This document shows, piece by piece, positions 1-7,039 of a stretch of 64,000 nt of DNA (position 1 is its first letter; each line of letters opens with the position of its first letter). The position numbers and the translations under genes were made by a program. The stretch covers positions 4,480 through 68,479 of the forward strand of contig JBDRDH010000032.1 of the NCBI GenBank assembly GCA_043820985.1, written 5' to 3'. The notes beneath the pieces are model-generated. The model searched no databases. It saw nothing but the letters and a program-made list of their open reading frames with translations, and had not been told where the DNA came from. The stretch comes from Planctomycetota bacterium. Lineage in GTDB: Bacteria > Planctomycetota > Phycisphaerae > UBA1845 > Fen-1342.

Positions 1-23
1 ATAGCGCGGCCCGGAGTCGAAAT

Positions 24-1109
24 ATGTATTTCCATACGCGACTACTCGGCTACATCCTCTTCGCCACGTTGGCCAGCAGCGCTACCGCCGCCGCGGGACC
101 ACCCGAAATGAAACAACTCATCGAGCGGATTGCCAATGGCGAAGCCGACGAAGCGGCCGAGGCCACCGACCAACTGGTCGAGCTTATCTCCCGGCAACTG
201 GCCGACGCTTTCGGAGCCATTGAGCAACGACCTCAAGAACAACAGGACCGCTTACAAGCCGCTCTGGCGCGCGTCACGGCGGTCATGCGCTTGCGGCTTT
301 ACCGGGCCGGCCTGCTCCCGGACGAACAGCAACTACTGGATAAGTTCATCCGGCCTCGTGCCGAGCTGGCTGAAGCCCTGTTTGCCGACTCCGCGCGCCA
401 GCGCCTCCAGGCCCTGCATCAGATTCCGCTCGAACCCGATACCGGTGCCGGCCTGTTGATCAGTGCCAAGGTCAACGATTGGGACGCCGATATCTGCGCC
501 GCCGCCCTCGAAACGGCCGCCAATCTTGGTGATCAGGTCGTGGCACGTGGCTTGCGCGAGTACGTAACCACCATCACCGCCGCCGTCCGCGCCGACCGCT
601 TTGGCCCCGCCCAACAAGACTACGAACTGGTACTGGCCGACTTCACCCGTCAGGCCATCGTGATCCTCGGCGCCACACGTGATCGCGAAAGTGTTACCAC
701 CATTATTGAAGCGGTCCAGGTCTTCAGCCGTTCGCATCACCGCCGATTCTTCCGGATTGGCAGCGCGCTGGGCGCTCTCGGTCAGATCGGCGACGAGCAG
801 GCGGTGCCCTTGTTGTTGGAGTACTTGTCTGACCGCGAGACCCATGAGATGCGCAGCGTGGCTCCCGGTACATTACTCCACCAGACGGTCGGCGACGTCG
901 CCTTACAGGCCCTGGGCAATATTTACGGAATCACCCCCGCCGAACTGGGTTTTTTCATCGGACCCGCCCCCGAGCAAATCGCGGGCTTTGTTGATAAAAA
1001 TAATCGGGCTGCCGCCCTGCGCGCCTTCGGAACCTGGCACCAGCAAAACGCCACTTTGCCACGCGACCAGCGCGCGCCCCTGACCACCCAGCCGGCCGAC
1101 GAGGACTGA
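24..1109 (+). CDS. secreted HEAT-like repeat protein (function unknown)
   Basis: 361-aa ORF with a hydrophobic signal-like N-terminus (LLGYILFATLASSATAAA). PBS-lyase/HEAT-type repeat signature ALGQIGDEQAVPLLLEYLSD. The stop lies 2 nt before the ATG of the next gene. Confidence 0.6.
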   Translation: MYFHTRLLGYILFATLASSATAAAGPPEMKQLIERIANGEADEAAEATDQLVELISRQLADAFGAIEQRPQEQQDRLQAALARVTAVMRLRLYRAGLLPDEQQLLDKFIRPRAELAEALFADSARQRLQALHQIPLEPDTGAGLLISAKVNDWDADICAAALETAANLGDQVVARGLREYVTTITAAVRADRFGPAQQDYELVLADFTRQAIVILGATRDRESVTTIIEAVQVFSRSHHRRFFRIGSALGALGQIGDEQAVPLLLEYLSDRETHEMRSVAPGTLLHQTVGDVALQALGNIYGITPAELGFFIGPAPEQIAGFVDKNNRAAALRAFGTWHQQNATLPRDQRAPLTTQPADED

Positions 1110-1111
1110 TC

Positions 1112-2404
1112 ATGGAAGATACCGAGAGCCCGCCGTCCGTCAGAACGCACCCGCGCAATGTACTTTTCGCGGCCATTTTATTCGTAATCCTGGCTTCCGC
1201 GCTCTACTTCGTCGCTCCCTGGGTGCTCCCGGTCCGCATCGTTGAAGGCCCCATGGTGCAGCAGGCTGACGAAAATGCCGTCACACTGGTCTGGTATACC
1301 ACCCGTCCACTTGAGCCCGGCCAATGTCAGGTCTCCATCCAGACGTCTGATGACGAATATACGCTGCCCGCCGAGGCCGAAGGTCGCCGCCATCGCCTGC
1401 GCATTGATGAACTCTCACCCGGCCAGGCCTACCCATACCGCATCAAACTCGGACGGCGCACCCTGGCCCAGGCCACCCTGCACACCAACAAGCCGGCCGG
1501 CCAGCCTTTCTCCTTTGTTGTCTTTGGCGATAGCGGCAAGGGCACGCAGGCTCAGTACCTGCTCGCAGCACGGATGTGGACTGATGCCATCGTGCCCGAC
1601 TTCATGCTGCATACCGGCGACCTGATCTATGGCGAAGGCGAGCGCTTTCACTACAAGGATCGTTTCTTCACCCCCTATCGCCACCTGTTGGCCGAGGTCA
1701 ACTTTTGGCCCTGCCTCGGAAACCACGACATCGGTAACTATAAGATCCCGGCGGAAAAGGCCGGCCAGGCCTATTTCGAGGTCTTTGAATTGCCTGACAA
1801 CGGTCCGCCCGCCGCCGTCCCTGAATGCAACTACTGGTTCGATTACGCCTCCGCCCGCATCGCCGTCATCGACAGTAACAAGGAACACGATGAAGCCACG
1901 CTCGCCGAGCAGGTTGTACCCTGGCTCGAAGAAGTTTTCGCCGATTGTGACGCCACCTGGAAATTCGTCAGCCTGCACCATCCCCTGTATACCTCCGGCG
2001 CATACCAGGAAGAGCCCCGTTTGCAGAACACGCTCGTCCCCGTCTTCGAGCGGCTCGGCGTCGACATCGCCTTCTCCGGCCACGATCACATGTATCAGCG
2101 CATGCTCCCGATCAGCGCCGGCCAACTCGCCCCGGACGGCGATGGTGTCGTTTACGTTATAACTGGTGCTGGCGGCGCCCGTCTGTATGACGCCATCCCA
2201 CCCGATCAGCGCCCGCCATATCTCGCCGCACTGTATAACGAGGTCCACAGCTTTACCTACGTACAGATCGACGGCCATGAGCTGCGCCTACAGCAGATCA
2301 GCGTCGATGGCGACATTCTGGATGAGTGGAGTATGACCAAGGTTCCGTCGGATACGGCTACCCGGCCGACGGATAGCGCGGAAAATCCCGACAGTGAACC
2401 TTGA
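1112..2404 (+). CDS. metallophosphoesterase, purple-acid-phosphatase-like
   Basis: Ordered calcineurin-like motifs FGDSGKG, HTGDLIYGEG, LGNHD, SLHHPLY and SGHDHMYQR. An N-terminal TM segment is followed by an FN3-like PAP N-domain (VTLVWYT...YPYRI). Confidence 0.85.
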   Translation: MEDTESPPSVRTHPRNVLFAAILFVILASALYFVAPWVLPVRIVEGPMVQQADENAVTLVWYTTRPLEPGQCQVSIQTSDDEYTLPAEAEGRRHRLRIDELSPGQAYPYRIKLGRRTLAQATLHTNKPAGQPFSFVVFGDSGKGTQAQYLLAARMWTDAIVPDFMLHTGDLIYGEGERFHYKDRFFTPYRHLLAEVNFWPCLGNHDIGNYKIPAEKAGQAYFEVFELPDNGPPAAVPECNYWFDYASARIAVIDSNKEHDEATLAEQVVPWLEEVFADCDATWKFVSLHHPLYTSGAYQEEPRLQNTLVPVFERLGVDIAFSGHDHMYQRMLPISAGQLAPDGDGVVYVITGAGGARLYDAIPPDQRPPYLAALYNEVHSFTYVQIDGHELRLQQISVDGDILDEWSMTKVPSDTATRPTDSAENPDSEP

Positions 2405-2420
2405 GCGGAGAACTTCCCGC

Positions 2421-3374
2421 CTACTTCGAGCTGGCGGCTTCCCGTAAGGCGACTAACTTGCCCAGCGTCTCCAGCAGGTCCTGATCCGGCGTTGTATATC
2501 CCGAGATGAATAGTGGCTTCAGCGCTTCCGGATGCTTCTGGCCAACCGCCAGCAGGATCGCCCGCAACTGCTCTAACGTACCATCATCCAGCGTTGGTGA
2601 CGCCAGAATCAGTTGATCTGGTACCGCGACCGTCCTGGCCAGAATCCGCAAGCGACTATGGCATGGCTCATCGCGCTCTTCTGTCGTATTCGGCAGCGCT
2701 GCCCACGCGGCCTCATCGATGAATCCCGCGTCCGAACTCAGATTCATCACGGTCTGGGCCACGGCCCGCATGGTCGGCAGGTGCTTAAGTGATCCGACCA
2801 GCGGCAGCACTTCCAGCGACAGGTCGGTTTTCTGTAAACCGTGTCGCGCTAGCAGTTCCAACCCGGCCTGATGTGTCCGTGCATCACGCGCCGGCCCAAA
2901 CGCTACTGTCTTGCCCCGCAGATCAGTGACCGCCTTGATCGGCGATTTTTCCGCCGTGATTAGCACCGCCGGCCGGAGCGTCTGCCTACTCTGATCAGTC
3001 GGCACGGCGAGCACTCGGAATCGCGCCGGTTCGGCCAGATTGACATAATGTGCCGTCGAGACCACGGCCAGGTGAAAGAGACCGCTCTTGAGCGCCGGTT
3101 CGAGTTGCCAGGGCGAGCCCAAATCGAGAGAGATCGGGCGCCCCAATTCCTCCTTGAGGGCCACCCGCCAGCGGCCGTACGGCGCGAACGGATTCAGGGC
3201 CTGTAGTGGATTCTCGCCGCCGCCGCGCTGCTGCTCCGCCACCAGCGCCACCACCAGTGGATCCTTCTGTATGCCGATCCAACTTAGAAAGCGGTCGCCG
3301 GCGCTCTGACAGCCAGTGACTACTAGCAGGCTGACGCTTGCCAGGATGATGAATGTTGTAGCGCTCCTTCGCAT
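2421..3374 (-). CDS. PhnD-family periplasmic substrate-binding lipoprotein (phosphonate/phosphite-type SBP), orphan
   Basis: Lipobox LLVVTGC at the N-terminus. The overall pattern (AVVSTAHYV, LRGKTVAFGPARDARTHQAG) resembles PF12974-type SBPs. There is no adjacent ABC permease or ATPase. Confidence 0.55.
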   Translation of the reverse strand: MRRSATTFIILASVSLLVVTGCQSAGDRFLSWIGIQKDPLVVALVAEQQRGGGENPLQALNPFAPYGRWRVALKEELGRPISLDLGSPWQLEPALKSGLFHLAVVSTAHYVNLAEPARFRVLAVPTDQSRQTLRPAVLITAEKSPIKAVTDLRGKTVAFGPARDARTHQAGLELLARHGLQKTDLSLEVLPLVGSLKHLPTMRAVAQTVMNLSSDAGFIDEAAWAALPNTTEERDEPCHSRLRILARTVAVPDQLILASPTLDDGTLEQLRAILLAVGQKHPEALKPLFISGYTTPDQDLLETLGKLVALREAASSK

Positions 3375-3411
3375 GGCATAATCCTCTCAACGGACCATCT
3401 GTATCTTATCA

Positions 3412-4416
3412 TTACCCGGCCGGCGTGTCGTAGTCGGGCAACTCATTACGCTCAAAAACCGGACCCTCCAGACACGTCAGCCCCCAACGCCACCCCGGCG
3501 CTCCCGCTTCCCGCACACGCACTACACAGGATTGGCACGTTCCCAGGCCGCAACCCATGTTCCGCTCGATACACAATTGACAACCCGATCCCATCCGCCG
3601 CGTCAGCGCCGCGACCGCTTGTAACATCGGCTCCGGACCACAAGCCAACACTTCACCGCGCGCTTGACTATCCACGTAATGCTGATACCAAAGTTCCAGT
3701 CCATCCGTCACGCGTCCGCGCAAGCCGGCTGACCCGTCGTCCGTCGTCACAATTGCCGGATAATCGGCGCCCCCCGGCAATTGCACGCATGACATTGGCA
3801 CCCCCTCCACACTCGGCTCATTATGCGGTACTACCGGCAGCAACTCACGCGCCGCCGCCCCAAAAACCACCGTTACATCCGTGTATCCCATCTCCCGCAA
3901 ACAGCGCGTTATGTAATACAATGGCGGGATGCCAACACCTCCGCCTACCAACGCGATCGGCGCCGCTTTGTCAGGATACCGAAACCCCTTTCCCAGTGGC
4001 CCGGTGATATCGAGCTCATCATCACGCCGCAAATCGGCCAGCCACGCGGTACCCGGCCCAATTGTGCGCGAAATGAATAACACATGCGCCCCGTCATTAT
4101 CATCCCACCGGTCGGCGATACTGAATGGACGCCGCAGATAGGCTTGTCGCGCGCGCGTGTCACTATTGCTGAGCGACGGAAATCCGTCTTCCGGCCAGAT
4201 GATTGTGTGTGCCGCGCCAGGTTCCCCGCCACTACAGCGCAACTGTGCAAATTGTCCCGGACTGGTTGTTGGCCAGTCTGGTATGACGACCTCAATTGCC
4301 ACGTGCTCGCGACCAGGTGTATGCGTGGCAACCACACGGCCTCTCACCGCCGTCACCTTGTCACTAGCTATCGATTCGCCAGGTACCATCGCGTTTACCA
4401 ACCGCTTGCCGATCAA
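3412..4416 (-). CDS. pyrK: dihydroorotate dehydrogenase (class 1B) electron-transfer subunit
   Basis: RPFSIADR flavin motif and GGGVGIPPL dinucleotide motif. C-terminal cysteine cluster CGLGTCQSC...LTC for a 2Fe-2S centre. The ORF opens with TTG at 4416, with an alternative ATG at 4389. Confidence 0.8.
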   Translation of the reverse strand: MIGKRLVNAMVPGESIASDKVTAVRGRVVATHTPGREHVAIEVVIPDWPTTSPGQFAQLRCSGGEPGAAHTIIWPEDGFPSLSNSDTRARQAYLRRPFSIADRWDDNDGAHVLFISRTIGPGTAWLADLRRDDELDITGPLGKGFRYPDKAAPIALVGGGVGIPPLYYITRCLREMGYTDVTVVFGAAARELLPVVPHNEPSVEGVPMSCVQLPGGADYPAIVTTDDGSAGLRGRVTDGLELWYQHYVDSQARGEVLACGPEPMLQAVAALTRRMGSGCQLCIERNMGCGLGTCQSCVVRVREAGAPGWRWGLTCLEGPVFERNELPDYDTPAG

Positions 4417-4442
4417 CCTAAACCTGCGTACCTTCCTCTGTC

Positions 4443-4484
4443 AAAAAAACTTCCGGGATCATACCGACTGGCAGATCCCGGAAG
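4443..4484 (-). terminator. intrinsic-terminator-like hairpin plus U7 tract in the pyrK 5' leader
   Basis: On the minus strand: CTTCCGGGATC, a 13-nt loop, GATCCCGGAAG (perfect 11-bp stem), then TTTTTTT. It ends about 26 nt upstream of the pyrK TTG and just 5' of an AGGAAGG Shine-Dalgarno. Confidence 0.6.
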
Positions 4485-4556
4485 TGCGCCACGGCTAGAA
4501 CAGCCGCAAATCCATGTTATTCTCTGTTCAAGCGGACCTCAAAGGCCCGGGCTGGC

Positions 4557-4585
4557 AATATACCAGATCGCCAGATGGGTGTCCA
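4557..4585 (-). promoter_or_regulatory. sigma70-like promoter candidate for the pyrK leader
   Basis: Minus strand TGGACA, 17 nt, TATATT. The predicted TSS is near 4550, giving a leader of about 134 nt that contains the hairpin at 4443-4484. Confidence 0.4.
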
Positions 4586-4646
4586 CATGGCAAGCGGTAT
4601 TTGACCGGCCGGCAATATTTTGCATAAGTCATTTGTTTGTAACATC

Positions 4647-4675
4647 TTGCATATCCGACCCTTGCGGGTTACAAT
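4647..4675 (+). promoter_or_regulatory. sigma70-like promoter candidate for the NUDIX gene
   Basis: TTGCAT, 17 nt, TACAAT on the plus strand, about 100 nt upstream of the 4776/4782 start. Confidence 0.4.
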
Positions 4676-4775
4676 CAGGCCTGATGGACCTCGACCAAAG
4701 CCATTTAAGGCCTCGTTAAGGGCTGTCTGGCAGCTTACAATGACCTATTGTTGAATATTATAGGTCCTTATTGCT

Positions 4776-5246
4776 GTGCGGATGGATTGGGCTCAATCAG
4801 TGTCCAAACCTGTGTATCACATCGCCATCGCGATCGTCCGTCGACAGCGGCAATATCTCGTCACGCGCCGCTCACCAGATAGCCATCTTGGCGGTCTGTG
4901 GGAGTTCCCCGGCGGTAAATGCCTCCCCGACGAACCTGCCACGCAAGCCGCCCTGCGCGAACTACGCGAAGAATGCGCCGTCACCGCCACTACCGAGCAT
5001 TGCCTGCCAACTATCCAACACGATTACGGCGACCGGATAGTCAACATCACGCCGGTCATCTGCCGTTGGCAAGCCGGGAGTGGACAGGCTCTGGCCGCTG
5101 ATCTTTGCCAGTGGGTTTCACTCGACGAACTGCGCGCACTACCGATGCCCACCGCCAATCAGCGCATCCTCGGCGCACTGACTCGCGACCGTAGCGGCCG
5201 GCCTCCGTGCCGGCCGTCGAACAATAGAAACGATACTATGCCCTAA
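4776..5246 (+). CDS. NUDIX hydrolase, MutT-like
   Basis: Nudix box GGKCLPDEPATQAALRELREECAV. Start is GTG at 4776 or ATG at 4782. Confidence 0.8.
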   Translation: MRMDWAQSVSKPVYHIAIAIVRRQRQYLVTRRSPDSHLGGLWEFPGGKCLPDEPATQAALRELREECAVTATTEHCLPTIQHDYGDRIVNITPVICRWQAGSGQALAADLCQWVSLDELRALPMPTANQRILGALTRDRSGRPPCRPSNNRNDTMP

Positions 5247-5285
5247 CGGCCTGCGAGCCGCTCAAAATGTAACGGTCGATCACCA

Positions 5286-6884
5286 TCAACGATTCCGCTC
5301 GCGCCACTCCGCCAGTTGTTCCCGCAATTCTGCTTCTTCCGGCAAGCGCAGCGCGTGTGCCACATCAATTGCTTCTTGCAAGGCGCTCAAGGCGGCTTCA
5401 CGTTGCCCCAGTTGCATGCGCAGCGCGGCGATCTCCCGGGCACACAGGAGTTGACTGGCCAGGTCATCCCCGGCCAGGATATGCTCATAGACAACTTCAT
5501 ACTCACGCAGCGCGTCGGCCGGTGCCTCCATTGTCCGGTAGGTGGCCGCCAAAGCCATGTGCGCTATTGGTTGTGCCTCTTTGGGCGCGAGGCTCAAACA
5601 GCGCTGAAATGACTCGACCGCCTCCGGCCAGTGTGTGGCCCGCCGATGACATTGACCAATATACAGCCAGGCCGAAGCCTGATTACGACGCGAATCGAGA
5701 CGCTCCGCCACGGCCAGCGTGCGCTTGTGCAGGGCCAGCGCCTTATCCCACTCACCCCGCCGCTCATAAATCAAAGCCAGCTTGTTAACCGCCGCCGCTT
5801 CCGCGACCTGATCGCCCATCTCCTCCAGCATCCGCAGCGCGATCTCCTGCCATTCTGTTGCACGTTTCAGGCTGGCGTCAATATACCGCTCGGCCTGTTC
5901 CGCGGACGGCTTGGCTTGCCGTGCGATTCGTTGTGTCAGGTACAGATCGCAGATGTTGTTGAGCGCGGCCAGTTGACCGTAGGGCGAGCCCTGCGCGTAT
6001 GAAATTGCCAACGCCGTCTCATAGCGCGTGTAAGCGGTGTCGAATAGCCCGGTCATCTGCAAAATCGCCCCCTGGCCCAACTGTGCCACGGCCTGATCGT
6101 GCCAGTCATTATTGGTGCGCGCCAGCTTATCCAGCAAGCGTAGCCGACCTTCGGCCACCAGGCCCCCCCGCATGCCACTCTGTATTTCCAGTTGAGCCAG
6201 CATTGCCAGTGCCGGCCGGTAACGACCATCATAATCCAGACTGCGCAGGACGTAGTGCCGTGCTTCCTGGGCATCGCCGGCTCGTACCGCCGCAATCGCG
6301 CGCGCGTAATATTCCAGGGAACTCGATGTCCGACAGGGTTGCGCGAAGATCAATTGCCGCACTTCATCCGGCGGCGGCCCGATCTTCAATTCCCGCAAAA
6401 CCCAGTGCGTGGCTGAATCCAACACCTCAAACAACGAACCGCTCGGCGTATTAAACACCCGCGGCGTGGCACCTTCCGCGCGTAACCGGATCAGCTTCAG
6501 TTCCAGGTTGGCTTCGTCGGCATATCCACTGCACCGTCCACTGATGATGTAGTCGGCCCCCAGGGCCAAAGCCACGCGCGGCCAGGCGGGCATCGGCGTG
6601 TCCTCATCGTGTAGTTCACGCCGCGCCTGGTGCATCCGCACAGTTGGCACCACTAACAGATCGGGCACCCGTCGCAGCCGCCAGGCCAGCGTTTCCTCCA
6701 CCGCCGTCGCTACCCAGACATCCCGCGCGGCAGTCCCGGGCGTAACTTGAAAATCGATTACGGCCAGATGCGGACGCTCGGCATCCGTCATCCCGGCACT
6801 GCTGGCCGCAAGTGCCAGCAGTGTCAGCATCCAATACCATCGCCGCGGATACCACCCGTAATCGGTTTGCATGCTGGCTTCCAT
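5286..6884 (-). CDS. TPR-repeat protein with N-terminal signal/anchor
   Basis: Multiple TPR-like helical repeats in the C-terminal half (e.g. WPEAVESFQRCLSLAPKEAQ). Hydrophobic N-terminus WYWMLTLLALAASSAG. The start is uncertain (ATG at 6884 or 6872; the ORF opens at 6947). Confidence 0.7.
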   Translation of the reverse strand: MEASMQTDYGWYPRRWYWMLTLLALAASSAGMTDAERPHLAVIDFQVTPGTAARDVWVATAVEETLAWRLRRVPDLLVVPTVRMHQARRELHDEDTPMPAWPRVALALGADYIISGRCSGYADEANLELKLIRLRAEGATPRVFNTPSGSLFEVLDSATHWVLRELKIGPPPDEVRQLIFAQPCRTSSSLEYYARAIAAVRAGDAQEARHYVLRSLDYDGRYRPALAMLAQLEIQSGMRGGLVAEGRLRLLDKLARTNNDWHDQAVAQLGQGAILQMTGLFDTAYTRYETALAISYAQGSPYGQLAALNNICDLYLTQRIARQAKPSAEQAERYIDASLKRATEWQEIALRMLEEMGDQVAEAAAVNKLALIYERRGEWDKALALHKRTLAVAERLDSRRNQASAWLYIGQCHRRATHWPEAVESFQRCLSLAPKEAQPIAHMALAATYRTMEAPADALREYEVVYEHILAGDDLASQLLCAREIAALRMQLGQREAALSALQEAIDVAHALRLPEEAELREQLAEWRERNR

Positions 6885-7039
6885 TCTGTATGCAGTGATT
6901 TTTATAACTTCTCGTTGATGATAACAAGCCTGGGCACTGGTCACCAAGCCGTGCCTGCATGGTTGACAGGGGCTATCATTCTACTTTCAGGCCATCTGCT
7001 CGGCCATGGAGCCGTCAGGAGCGCCTCTGAGGACTATTG

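Noticed and set aside
1415-2278. 287-aa ORF on the minus strand.
   Set aside because: It is antisense to the metallophosphoesterase gene, which carries all the family motifs.
4486-4550. PyrR-binding loop in the pyrK leader.
   Set aside because: Only a partial CAGAGA resemblance to the ARUCCAGAGAGGYU consensus is present. That is not enough to claim PyrR control.
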